Of a stretch of 64,000 nt of DNA, positions 1 to 10,221 are shown one piece after another. Each line of letters begins with the position of its first letter. Position 1 is the first letter of the stretch. The position numbers were made by a program, and so were the translations under genes. Below the pieces are notes generated by a model, which worked only from the letters and a program-made list of their open reading frames with translations, made no database searches and had not been told where the DNA came from. The stretch comes from a bacterium (GTDB taxonomy: Bacteria; Zhuqueibacterota; Zhuqueibacteria; Residuimicrobiales; Krinioviventaceae). The DNA lies in assembly GCA_963693055.1 (NCBI GenBank), contig OY843751.1, positions 2,816,001 to 2,880,000 of the forward strand, given 5' to 3'.

Positions 1-90
1 GACGTTCAGCAAGAATGGTATATAATTCATCTATTGTCAAATCTACAAAAGATTTAAACTTCCATTCAATGTTGACTTGAGGTGTATGTT

Positions 91-1722
91 TCAATTCAAC
101 TCCCTGACAATTATTCTGAATTCTTCATTACCTGTTAATGTAACTTTAAAACCATCCAGCAATTGGTTGCCGCTTAAAACATTACTTTCTCCATCACTGG
201 TTGCTATTCGATAAGATTTATCCTTATCTACCGTAAACCATTCCGGAAACTGATTGATACGTGGATAGTCATCCGGTATATGCATTATCTCCTGATGACG
301 CTTACGATCAAATAAAATCTTTCCATCCCAAATATCCGTACTGCTAACCGAGAGTAACAAATATCCTTTTTGTTTTTCAGCTCCAATCAGCACATCTTTT
401 CTCCAGGGGAAAATCCACGTACCCTGAGTTTTCCAAAGCGCATACATGATGGATGTACGTGCAAAATTTCCATCCCCATGCCAACCCTCAACAATACCAT
501 TCTCTTGTTGTTTGGTCCACATGATTTGAGTTTGATTGTCCATCCATTTGTCTACTCCGGGTACTGGTTCACGATTATAAAGATTCAATCCACTCTCTAT
601 AGCATCAGCAAAACCATCCGCGCTATTATTCTCCCAGTCAAAATTGCGATAATGTTCATTCAGATTTGATAATACCTTGAGCACGGCATCACGATATTTT
701 TTATCGTGATCAACCAGGTATACCGTATAAAAACCATTATAATTATAACCCCATGTATCACACAGATCACCGCTATTTTCACCTGTTTGTGGATTAAAGG
801 TATTGTACAACATGCCATGCTCGTTACGTCCAACCTCCAAGACTCTGTCAAGCATGCGATGAATTGGAGCCGTATATTGTGCTTTTTTTTCAGGAGCAGC
901 TTTGCTAATTGTGTAATAAAACTCGGTCAATCCGGATAATACCTCGCATCCATGGTCACGTAGCCTTAATTTTGTTTCTGAATCTGTAGGATGATGATCA
1001 AAAAGATAATAATTACCTAATCGTTCAGCATATTCCAGGTATTCTGCATTTCCGGTCATCCAATACAATCTAGATAAAACCTGAAGCATTTCTCCATTTA
1101 ATTCCTGATTTTCTGAGGGGATTTTCCCATATTTTGTATCAACAGGAGCATATTTCCAGATATCATTTACAATATCAATCATTCTGTCAGCCCATGGCGA
1201 TTTACCCATCCATTCTGTCAGCGGCAGCAATCCGTCTTTGACATATTCAGAACTACCAAATAAAATATCTACCATATTAACAGTGGGTTTATTAAAAGAC
1301 TTTGTTTTGAAATTGTAGGTGTCCGGTAGATTACCAACCCGACTGGTCAGCTCTTTTTCATTATAGAGCATTTCAAGCATGGTGCCTTTTAACAGGTTTC
1401 TGTCTACAAAAGAAGCTGTGAGTACCATAAAGGGATAGTTGTCTGCAGCTGCATCTTTGGCGTTCCAAATAAGAGAATCTTTGGTAAGGTTTCTGGGAAT
1501 CAAACCGGTCGCGGGATCAGCATGATCAAGCCAGCCATAAACAAAATTTTCTGATCGAACAAGTGCTTCATTTGCCAAAACAGCATTCTGTTTTACAATT
1601 TCAAATTTTTCAGATTTCAACAACTGCTTACTTTTATATTGACTACAGGATATAAACAACAAACCAACCAACAAAAGCACTCGTAATTTCATTGCATGAC
1701 TCCTGTTAAAAATGAATTTCAT
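91..1722 (-). CDS. Secreted/lipoprotein of unknown function, probable (alpha/alpha)-toroid glycoside hydrolase-like protein
   Basis: 543 aa ORF; lipoprotein-like signal (LLFISC); Trp/Tyr/Asp-rich helical motifs (WNAKDAAADNYPF, DTWGYNY); 3 bp from the upstream oxidoreductase gene. Confidence 0.45.
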   Translation of the reverse strand: MKFIFNRSHAMKLRVLLLVGLLFISCSQYKSKQLLKSEKFEIVKQNAVLANEALVRSENFVYGWLDHADPATGLIPRNLTKDSLIWNAKDAAADNYPFMVLTASFVDRNLLKGTMLEMLYNEKELTSRVGNLPDTYNFKTKSFNKPTVNMVDILFGSSEYVKDGLLPLTEWMGKSPWADRMIDIVNDIWKYAPVDTKYGKIPSENQELNGEMLQVLSRLYWMTGNAEYLEYAERLGNYYLFDHHPTDSETKLRLRDHGCEVLSGLTEFYYTISKAAPEKKAQYTAPIHRMLDRVLEVGRNEHGMLYNTFNPQTGENSGDLCDTWGYNYNGFYTVYLVDHDKKYRDAVLKVLSNLNEHYRNFDWENNSADGFADAIESGLNLYNREPVPGVDKWMDNQTQIMWTKQQENGIVEGWHGDGNFARTSIMYALWKTQGTWIFPWRKDVLIGAEKQKGYLLLSVSSTDIWDGKILFDRKRHQEIMHIPDDYPRINQFPEWFTVDKDKSYRIATSDGESNVLSGNQLLDGFKVTLTGNEEFRIIVRELN

Positions 1723-1725
1723 TTG

Positions 1726-3630
1726 TTATGCGTAACAACGAACTTGGAATATCCTTGCTAACTTGTCTCCCTGGGTATTGTATATCTGAATTTTAATTTT
1801 TTCAATCTTAATGGGTTTAAAAGTAAAACGGCAAAGTCTAAGATAATTATTCCGCACCTGTTTCAGATTATGCCATTGATTGTTTGCATAATATTGAATG
1901 TCGAAATCTTTGACTGTTTCAGGTTGCGGGCCTCTAATTTGCTTTTTGCATTGATTATCCTGGCCGGTAAGAAATAATAATCGATTTAATCCGCTGTCAA
2001 ATGTGATCTGAATAAATGATATTTCAATTTCATCCTTCCAATTCAATTCGATCCATTGTGGCATTGCATCAATGGGTGCCTGCCATTGATGGGTTAGGCC
2101 ATCCTCAATATTGCGGTTCCATCCATCAATGATTGAAATGGCTCTACCTGTAGGTGTTTCTGCTGAAGCAGTTATCGTTGCGGTTCTTGCCAGATCTAAA
2201 GGATCGGTATTGTTTATATTTAACAGTGATTGATCGTCAAGTAATAGTTTTTGCTGAAACTTTAGCAGCAAATCGGTATTTTTAACAATACCGTTATTGG
2301 CTAAATTGTGATTTACAGAAAAAGCAGCGGCTGTTCCTACTGCCTGTCCCATAGCAGCACAGGTTGCCATTACCCGTGTGGAAGAAAAAGCAACATGTGA
2401 AGCACTAATATTTCTGCCGGCCATCCACAAATTTTTTATGTTTGTGCTGTACAAACTTCGTAAAGGTATATTATAAGGTTTTTCGAATGTGATAGAAGAA
2501 TTTGGACTCTGAGCGGTTCTGTCCATGCCTTCAGGGGGATGATCATCCATTGGCCAACCGCCATAAGAAACCCGATCATCATACATTTCTTGCGCTTCCA
2601 TCTCCTGCTGCACCATTATGTGATCACCGGTAACACGCCGACTTTCTCTTTTTCCGGGAATCATTCCAACCCAATCTAATGCCCAGTTAGCAGAATCAGG
2701 ATGCTCACCACTGTTCTTAATATAATCCCATACACCCATCACAATACTCAACAATTCCTGACGGATTTTGCGATTATCATGAATGGTATCCAACTCTCCA
2801 CCCCATTCAATCCACCAGTAACCATACTCATAAGATCCAATATGACGATGTTTAAAATCTTTTTCGGTATATGATTTAGCCCAGACTGGCTTTTCAAAAG
2901 GCATAGGACGATCATGTTGTTTCGCAAAAAACATAATCGAGTTGCCCATCGTCTTGGAATCTGTTTTATCTGGAGCAAGTGATTCACCAAATACCTGTTT
3001 ACCTTCCCTGCCACGCATATATTTTGCTCCTGCGGCAGCAGCCAAGGATGAATCTCCGGTGCAGTCTATTACATGCTTGGCACGAATTGTATAGGTCTCT
3101 TCAAGTAAAGGACTAATAGCATCAACTTTATCAATTTTATCAAATGAAACATTCGCACCAATCACTGCAGTATCTAATAATAAGGTAATATTGGGTTCAG
3201 AGATGACCTTGTCATACATGACCAGGTCCCACATTTCAAATGAGCGTTGTGGATTGGTAGCAGCTTCGGTAAGTTTTAATTCTTCTATAATGCCTGTTTC
3301 TCGCCAGTTTTGCGTCATTGTGTGATTATTGGTACCCAGAATATGCATTCTAATTTCACTGCTTCCATTACCACCCAATCTGGACCTATTTTGAACAAGA
3401 ATAACTTTGGCTCCATTTCTCGCAGCAGCTATTGCAGCGCAAACTCCAGCCATACCTCCACCGGCAACCAGAACATCGGTTTCCAGTTGAGAGTCTTTAT
3501 AAACATGAGTATCAATATTTCCTATCAGTTTTTCTTGTGAAGAATTGGCGGCAATTGACGCGCCTGTGGTTAAAAATCCTGTCGATCCTACCCCTAAAAT
3601 TTTAATAAAACCTCTGCGGTCTGTATCCAT
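1726..3630 (-). CDS. Tat-exported FAD-dependent oxidoreductase with C-terminal discoidin/F5-8-like domain
   Basis: Twin-arginine signal (DRRGFIK); GGGMAG FAD motif; IDCTGD, RESRR and AGRNIS motifs of the FAD_oxidored family. Confidence 0.8.
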   Translation of the reverse strand: MDTDRRGFIKILGVGSTGFLTTGASIAANSSQEKLIGNIDTHVYKDSQLETDVLVAGGGMAGVCAAIAAARNGAKVILVQNRSRLGGNGSSEIRMHILGTNNHTMTQNWRETGIIEELKLTEAATNPQRSFEMWDLVMYDKVISEPNITLLLDTAVIGANVSFDKIDKVDAISPLLEETYTIRAKHVIDCTGDSSLAAAAGAKYMRGREGKQVFGESLAPDKTDSKTMGNSIMFFAKQHDRPMPFEKPVWAKSYTEKDFKHRHIGSYEYGYWWIEWGGELDTIHDNRKIRQELLSIVMGVWDYIKNSGEHPDSANWALDWVGMIPGKRESRRVTGDHIMVQQEMEAQEMYDDRVSYGGWPMDDHPPEGMDRTAQSPNSSITFEKPYNIPLRSLYSTNIKNLWMAGRNISASHVAFSSTRVMATCAAMGQAVGTAAAFSVNHNLANNGIVKNTDLLLKFQQKLLLDDQSLLNINNTDPLDLARTATITASAETPTGRAISIIDGWNRNIEDGLTHQWQAPIDAMPQWIELNWKDEIEISFIQITFDSGLNRLLFLTGQDNQCKKQIRGPQPETVKDFDIQYYANNQWHNLKQVRNNYLRLCRFTFKPIKIEKIKIQIYNTQGDKLARIFQVRCYA

Positions 3631-3778
3631 AAATGGTCCTGACTAATTGAAAGAAAAGTTACAGTTTATTTTACAGATAATTTCAATATATAAAAAAGAA
3701 ACTGATAATTCAAATAATAAAAAAACTTGAAACTGCTCAATATTTACAGTATTTTAGTGTTTTATATTTGGAAATATT

Positions 3779-4795
3779 ATGGATAGATTGAAAAAACTTT
3801 ATATTGATACATTTGGACATCCTCCCAATACCATTAATCAATTAAAAGGTGATGGTTCGGATCGGCAAATTTACAGGATTGTAAAAAACAATAACAGTAT
3901 TATTGGTATACTGGGAAATAATATACCTGAAAACCATGCTTTCATCTCTTTTTCTAGACAAATGAAATCCATAGGTTTGGCTGTTCCTGACATTATAGCT
4001 GTTAATGATGATGAAACCGTATACCTTGAAACTGATTTTGGTGATATAACATTATATGATTTCATAAAGCAAGAAAACGGATTTACTGAAAATACTATAA
4101 ATGTTTATAAACTCGTTTTAACAGAATTGCCCAAATTCCAGATAAACTTGCATCTAAATCTGGATTACTCGGTGTGCTATCAGCAGGACGTTTTTGGAAT
4201 TGAAACAATTACCAACGATTTTAATTATTTTAAACAACGATTCCTTTTTCCTTTTTATAAGGAAAAAGTTGATTTTGAATTCATTGACAGTGAATTCCAA
4301 GCTCTTCTTAAAGTACTTGTTGAGGCCCCAAATGAATATTTTCTTTATCGTGATTTTCAATCACGCAATATAATGTTTGTATCAAATACCCCTCATTTCA
4401 TAGATTATCAATCCGGACGACGAGGAGCCTTACAATATGATCTGGCTTCTTTATTATACGATGCCAAAGCACGTGTACCAGAGCCGGTAAGAAAAATTTT
4501 GATTGAACATTATCAGGACGAGCTTGAAAAGTATATATCAATAGATCGAGACGAATTCATGTACTACTTTTATCCCTTTGTCTGGATCCGTATTATGCAA
4601 GCTTTGGGTGCATATGGGTTTCTATCTCAACATAAAGGAAAAACCTCCTTTTTGCAAAACATTCCATTAGCGCTGGATAATATTCAATTGTTACTCACAC
4701 AAAATACAATAATGGACAACTTTGAAAGTTTAAAAACAGTTTTTATAAATCTGGTTAATGACAATTCTCTTCATAGATTGGAAAAGATAAAATGA
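3779..4795 (+). CDS. Aminoglycoside-phosphotransferase-fold kinase, AmgK-like MurNAc/GlcNAc anomeric kinase
   Basis: GDGSDRQIYR, RDFQSRN, IDYQ and YDLASLL motifs; next to a nucleotidyltransferase. Confidence 0.75.
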   Translation: MDRLKKLYIDTFGHPPNTINQLKGDGSDRQIYRIVKNNNSIIGILGNNIPENHAFISFSRQMKSIGLAVPDIIAVNDDETVYLETDFGDITLYDFIKQENGFTENTINVYKLVLTELPKFQINLHLNLDYSVCYQQDVFGIETITNDFNYFKQRFLFPFYKEKVDFEFIDSEFQALLKVLVEAPNEYFLYRDFQSRNIMFVSNTPHFIDYQSGRRGALQYDLASLLYDAKARVPEPVRKILIEHYQDELEKYISIDRDEFMYYFYPFVWIRIMQALGAYGFLSQHKGKTSFLQNIPLALDNIQLLLTQNTIMDNFESLKTVFINLVNDNSLHRLEKIK

Positions 4796-5202
4796 AAGAA
4801 ACATTAAATATATCTATTCACAGTTTTGGGTATAAAAAATCAGGAATTCCCCGTGATGAGACTGAGAACAATGGTGGATTTGTGTTCGATTGCCGGGGAT
4901 TGCCGAACCCTGGCAGACTGGAAGCATTAAAAAAAAGCACAGGACTTGAAGAGAATGTTCGTAATTTCCTCGAGTCACATGCTACAGTAAAAGCGTTTAT
5001 TGATCTGGCATTATCGATTGTACAAATCAATATAGATAATTACATCGAAAGAGATTTTACCCATCTAATGATAAGCTTTGGTTGTACTGGCGGACAACAT
5101 CGATCAGTATATTGTGCAGATCAGGCATATAAATACCTTGTTAAAAATGGATACCAAACAACCATAATTCATCATGATAAACCTGAGGAATTCGGAAAAT
5201 GA
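4792..5202 (+). CDS. Stand-alone RapZ C-terminal-like domain protein
   Basis: SFGYK, FVFDCRGLPNP and GCTGGQHRSV motifs of the RapZ/YvcJ C-terminal domain. Confidence 0.8.
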   Translation: MKETLNISIHSFGYKKSGIPRDETENNGGFVFDCRGLPNPGRLEALKKSTGLEENVRNFLESHATVKAFIDLALSIVQINIDNYIERDFTHLMISFGCTGGQHRSVYCADQAYKYLVKNGYQTTIIHHDKPEEFGK

Positions 5203-5945
5203 ATGCACTTGTTCTGGCTGCTGGATATGGTAAGCGCTTACGTCCAGTTACTGACTATATCCCCAAAGCATTGATTACGCTGCAAAACAAACCCCTGTTG
5301 TACATATTGTTAAAAAAACTAGAACGGCAAAAATTTACTAATATAATAATAAACGCTCACCATCTTGCCGAGCAGGTAGAAAAATATATTCAATCATATA
5401 GTAAAGAGAATAATAGCAACATCCTTGTAACAAGGGAACCTATATTAATGGACACCGGTGGCGGAATTAAAAACATGTTGCAGAAATTACCTAATGATGA
5501 ACCAGTATTGGTACATAATGTTGATATTATTTCAACACTTGACTTTAATCAATTCTATCAATCACATCTGAATTCCGGTGCGGCGGCAAGTCTTGCTGTA
5601 CAAAAACGAGATACCACACGTCCCCTGCTATTTGATGAAAATATGCATTTATGTGGCAAAAAATCCAAACACGATGGACAGTTTAATATTGTAAAATCGC
5701 CTTCAGGTACAATTGTCCAGTGGGCTTTTTGTGGAATTCAGGTAATACAACCTGAAATTTTTCTTGAATATCCCGCAAATCGGTTTTATAGCATTGATGT
5801 ATATACCAAAAACGCAGCTAAAAACAAAATCATCAAGGGCATAGATATTGGAACGAATTATTGGAAAGACCTTGGGACAAGTACAGATATTACGGAGGCA
5901 GAAAAAGAGATAGAATCGTTCCAGTTGGATATAAATTCTTTATGA
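5199..5945 (+). CDS. Sugar-phosphate nucleotidyltransferase, MurU-like
   Basis: LAAGYGKRLRP, PKAL, DTGGG, HNVD and WKDLGT motifs. Confidence 0.8.
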   Translation: MNALVLAAGYGKRLRPVTDYIPKALITLQNKPLLYILLKKLERQKFTNIIINAHHLAEQVEKYIQSYSKENNSNILVTREPILMDTGGGIKNMLQKLPNDEPVLVHNVDIISTLDFNQFYQSHLNSGAAASLAVQKRDTTRPLLFDENMHLCGKKSKHDGQFNIVKSPSGTIVQWAFCGIQVIQPEIFLEYPANRFYSIDVYTKNAAKNKIIKGIDIGTNYWKDLGTSTDITEAEKEIESFQLDINSL

Positions 5946-6977
5946 CAATGAATAACTTGGCTGTTTTTTAAATAATTTACTAAATTTTTGCTGAGCAAAT
6001 TCAGAATATTGTTTTTTCTCATCATCATTCATGAATGACGCTTTTAATCCGTTTAAAACAATGTTCATCATGTCTTTTTCCCGCAAATTAAAATAAGAAG
6101 CCGCTTTTTGATATTCGCCTGTCAAAGATACTCCAAAAACTTCAGGATCGTCAGTATTAAGCGTTACCATTACTCCTTTATTATAAAATTGGGGAAAAGG
6201 ATGATCTTGTAAATTTTCACACACATTTAATTTAACATTACTTGTTAGACATTGTGTTAATGGAATATTGTTTTTCACCAAATATTCTACCAATAATTCA
6301 TCCTGAATAGCCTGTGTACCATGATCAATTCTATCAATTTCAAGTTTAGTAATCGCTTGCCATATACTTTCAGGTCCACCTATTTCCCCTGCATGTACAG
6401 TACAACTTAGATTATTCTGTTTTGCAAATTTATAGACTTGACGGAATTCTGCCATGGATCCGGTATTTTCATAACCCGACAAACCAATTCCAACAACAAG
6501 AGGATGATCAAGTTTAACAATTTCTTGAACCAGGTCCATAGCAGATTGTGCCCCAAAAGAGCGTTGAAGGTTCACAATCATCCTGGATTCAATTTGGTAA
6601 TGTTCTTTTGCTTCAATTACATTTTTGTAAATTGTATCAAGTATTTCCTTGATCGATAATCCTAAATTCTTGTATTTTTGTAATGCACAATCAAACTCTA
6701 CATACATAACCTGCTGCAAAGCCAGTGTTTCAAGTAATTCACGTGCAATTCGGCCAAGATGATCAGGGGTTTTAATATTATCAGACACTTTTTGCATACC
6801 GCGTATAAAGTTTTTCAGGTTACCATAGCGATATAGTCCCTTGATATGTATAGGATCAACATTTTGATGGTTGCAGTTGAATAAATATGAAGCAGTATCG
6901 GGTCTTATTGACCCTTCCAGATGTACATGTAGTTCAACTTTGGGCATATTTTTTATAAATTCATTCAAATTATACAC
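5940..6977 (-). CDS. add: Adenosine deaminase
   Basis: PKVELHVHLEG, HAGE, RIDHG and NTDDP metal-binding motifs. Confidence 0.9.
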   Translation of the reverse strand: MYNLNEFIKNMPKVELHVHLEGSIRPDTASYLFNCNHQNVDPIHIKGLYRYGNLKNFIRGMQKVSDNIKTPDHLGRIARELLETLALQQVMYVEFDCALQKYKNLGLSIKEILDTIYKNVIEAKEHYQIESRMIVNLQRSFGAQSAMDLVQEIVKLDHPLVVGIGLSGYENTGSMAEFRQVYKFAKQNNLSCTVHAGEIGGPESIWQAITKLEIDRIDHGTQAIQDELLVEYLVKNNIPLTQCLTSNVKLNVCENLQDHPFPQFYNKGVMVTLNTDDPEVFGVSLTGEYQKAASYFNLREKDMMNIVLNGLKASFMNDDEKKQYSEFAQQKFSKLFKKQPSYSLS

Positions 6978-7274
6978 AAATAAATAACTCCATTGTTCAA
7001 ATTGAATTGAATAAAAGCAAAAATCAGGCTAGAGATTATTATAAATGTGAATTTTGAAATTTTTGACAAGCAAAATAAAGGTGGTTTAATATATTGTTAA
7101 ATATCAATTTACAAAAAAGTTTATATTTAAGTTGAAAAATATTTTTCTAAATAAAATAAATTCGATTACGACAATGCCTTATGTGATACAATTTTGTTAT
7201 TTAACGGACGCCTCGTTCCAATTAATAAAAAATTCTAATTACATTCTGCTCATCACATTTAATTATAACTGGAA

Positions 7275-7901
7275 TCAACTAAAAAAAAGATGCGGATACG
7301 CTCTAACTTTGCCCCAATCTTTCCAATCGTCAGATAATGTTACTAGTTTTTCAAAAGTATTGGTTATTTCATTTCGATCAACCCATTTAAATCCACTAAT
7401 GTTTTCAGATTTATCATGAACTACCGGTTCACCGTTTATATCTTTAATATTGAAAATATATGAAACGAATGGAAGTTTTTCTTGTTTGTGAGTTAGTAGA
7501 TAAAAGACCGCTCCAAGAAAAGAATAATCTGAATAAACAAATCCTGTTTCTTCATAAACTTCACGTTCAAGCGAAGGTATCAAGGCTTCATTCGCATTAA
7601 TACCTCCGCTCAATAATCTATAAACATTCTCAGGAAATTGAGTTTTTGTATGTAATAGTAATTGGCTTTGTATATTTTCCAAACCAAATACTATTTCACC
7701 TCTTCTGTCCTGTTTGTTTATTAAAAATTGAAAATAGCCATTATCAATTTCAAATTGGGTTATGTAAAATACTGAATCCGGAAAATTAAATTGTAGTTTT
7801 TTTAATTCTTTTGCATCAAGTTTAGGTGTGAAAATACTATTATCTACAATCGTCATGGGATCAATTATTTCCAGACCGGGTTCATGTATCATTCTAATCA
7901 T
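7275..7901 (-). CDS. NUDIX hydrolase
   Basis: Nudix box GGINANEALIPSLEREVYEETG. Confidence 0.8.
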   Translation of the reverse strand: MIRMIHEPGLEIIDPMTIVDNSIFTPKLDAKELKKLQFNFPDSVFYITQFEIDNGYFQFLINKQDRRGEIVFGLENIQSQLLLHTKTQFPENVYRLLSGGINANEALIPSLEREVYEETGFVYSDYSFLGAVFYLLTHKQEKLPFVSYIFNIKDINGEPVVHDKSENISGFKWVDRNEITNTFEKLVTLSDDWKDWGKVRAYPHLFFS

Positions 7902-7905
7902 TTCC

Positions 7906-8775
7906 TCAATTCAAAATATTTTTAACAGTTATTCCCATATCAGCAGGACTCTTGCAAACATGAACGCCTGCGGCTTCCAGAGCTGCTATTTTCTCGCTTG
8001 CTGTGCCTTTTCCACCAGAGATGATTGCACCAGCATGCCCCATTCGTCTTCCGGGAGGCGCGGTTTGACCGGCAATAAAAGAGACAACTGGTTTTTTCAT
8101 GTTGGTTTTAATATATTCAGCAGCTGCTTCTTCTGCACTTCCACCAATTTCTCCAATCATTATAACCGCATCAGTATCAGGATCATTATTAAAAAGCTCC
8201 AATGCATCAATAAACGGAGTCCCAATAATAGGATCTCCACCAATACCAATACATGTACTCTGCCCAAGTCCTAATTGAGTCAATTGGTTCACAGCTTCAT
8301 ATGTCAAAGTTCCACTTCGGGAAATCACACCAACCCTGCCAGGAGAATGGATAAATCCGGGCATAATTCCTATCTTGCATTGTCCTGGTGAGATAATACC
8401 GGGACAATTGGGGCCAATCAACCGGCTTCCCGTCTTTTTCAGGTATTCATTGACTTTGAGCATATCAGTAACAGGTATACCTTCAGTTATACAGACAATT
8501 AAATCGATACCTGCCTGAGCGCTCTCCATTATGGCATCTGCCGCAAAAGGTGGCGGCACAAAAATTACAGATGCATTTGCTTGTTGCTTATCTATTGCTT
8601 CTTCAATAGTATTATATATGGGTATCTTTTCAAAAGTTTGCCCCCCTTTGCCAGGTGTAACACCAGCTACAACCTGGGTACCATATTCAACCATTTGTTG
8701 AGTATGAAAAGAGCCTTCACCACCGGTAATACCCTGTACTACAACTCGTGTGTTTTTATTTGCTAAAATACTCAA
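7906..8775 (-). CDS. sucD: Succinyl-CoA synthetase alpha subunit
   Basis: [20 protein letters not shown] and MGHAGA (phospho-His) motifs. Confidence 0.97.
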   Translation of the reverse strand: MSILANKNTRVVVQGITGGEGSFHTQQMVEYGTQVVAGVTPGKGGQTFEKIPIYNTIEEAIDKQQANASVIFVPPPFAADAIMESAQAGIDLIVCITEGIPVTDMLKVNEYLKKTGSRLIGPNCPGIISPGQCKIGIMPGFIHSPGRVGVISRSGTLTYEAVNQLTQLGLGQSTCIGIGGDPIIGTPFIDALELFNNDPDTDAVIMIGEIGGSAEEAAAEYIKTNMKKPVVSFIAGQTAPPGRRMGHAGAIISGGKGTASEKIAALEAAGVHVCKSPADMGITVKNILN

Positions 8776-8788
8776 TGTTTTCCCCTTT

Positions 8789-9949
8789 CTAATTTAATGC
8801 TTTAACGACTTTGGTAGCAGCATCAGATAAATCTGAAGCAGGGATTATATCGAGTGAAGAATTTGCAAGAATATCAGCAGCAATATCAGCATTTGTGCCT
8901 GCAAGTCGAACAACTAGTGGCACCTTAACACCAATCTTTTTAGCGGCATTTACAATACCGTTAGCAACACGGTCACAACGTACAATACCACCAAATATAT
9001 TTACCAAAACCGCTTTAACATTCTCGTCTGAAAGAATAATTCTTAAACCATTCTCAACAGTTTCTTCTGAAGCACCACCACCAACATCCAAAAAGTTGGC
9101 AGGTTCGGAACCAGAGTATTTGATGATATCCATTGTTGCCATTGCTAAACCTGCACCATTAACCATACATCCAACCGAACCATCAAGTTTGATGTAATTC
9201 AAATTAGATTTGGAAGCCTCAACTTCAAGGGGATTTTCTTCAGCAATATCCCGCATTTCCTGAATTTCTTTATGACGATACAAAGCATTATCGTCAATAT
9301 TGAGCTTGCTATCAAGTGCGAGGATGTCACCTTCTTTTGTTAAAACCAGGGGGTTAATTTCAATCAATGAACAATCAAAATTAATCATGGTTTGATACAG
9401 AGCAATAAAAAATTGGGTTGCTTTGCGTAAAACTGTACCTTCAAATCCCAGTTTAATTGCAATACGGCGAGCTTGAAAAGGTAGCAATCCTAAACCATTA
9501 TCAATTGTTTCTTTAATAATTAATTCAGGAGATTCAGCAGCAACTTTTTCAATCTCTACACCGCCTTCTTTACTTGCCATAAAAACAAGTTGGTTTTTTG
9601 AACGGTCCAGAACAATTCCAGCATAATACTCTTTTTCAATATTTATCGCTTTGGTTATATAAATCCTTCGGACTATTTTGCCTTCTTGTCCGGTTTGGGG
9701 AGTAACCAGTTTCATCCCAAACATTTGCTCACCTTTTTCAAGAGCTTCCTCCAAAGAGTGAACAACTTTAATACCACCGGCTTTTCCTCTTCCACCGGCA
9801 TGAACCTGGGCTTTTAAAACAAGCGGCCAGGTATCTAGTTTTTTTACTGCATCTCCAAGTTCCTGAATGTTAAATGCGACTATTCCATCAACAACAGGTA
9901 CCTGATACTTTTGTAGTAACTCAACGGCCTGGTATTCATGTATATTCAT
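8789..9949 (-). CDS. sucC: Succinyl-CoA synthetase beta subunit
   Basis: [26 protein letters not shown] and [10 protein letters not shown] motifs. Confidence 0.97.
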   Translation of the reverse strand: MNIHEYQAVELLQKYQVPVVDGIVAFNIQELGDAVKKLDTWPLVLKAQVHAGGRGKAGGIKVVHSLEEALEKGEQMFGMKLVTPQTGQEGKIVRRIYITKAINIEKEYYAGIVLDRSKNQLVFMASKEGGVEIEKVAAESPELIIKETIDNGLGLLPFQARRIAIKLGFEGTVLRKATQFFIALYQTMINFDCSLIEINPLVLTKEGDILALDSKLNIDDNALYRHKEIQEMRDIAEENPLEVEASKSNLNYIKLDGSVGCMVNGAGLAMATMDIIKYSGSEPANFLDVGGGASEETVENGLRIILSDENVKAVLVNIFGGIVRCDRVANGIVNAAKKIGVKVPLVVRLAGTNADIAADILANSSLDIIPASDLSDAATKVVKALN

Positions 9950-10221
9950 GGCCCCTCCATTAAGGATTCAACTCTAGCCAAATTAAAGATTTGTTAATGA
10001 AAAGTCAAGATACTTCATACTAAAATAATAATTACGTCTGTATTTAAGTCATTTTTAAGCAAATTTTGTATACGTCCACTACAGTGTTATTCTGTTTAAT
10101 ATTACATTTTTTTACTTAAAATGTATGCTAATATTAAAAAAAAGTGTGTTTGATATATATATTTCGTTTATATTTGTTCAATTCAAAAAATATTTGATCA
10201 TCAATCAAAAGAGGCTGGGAA

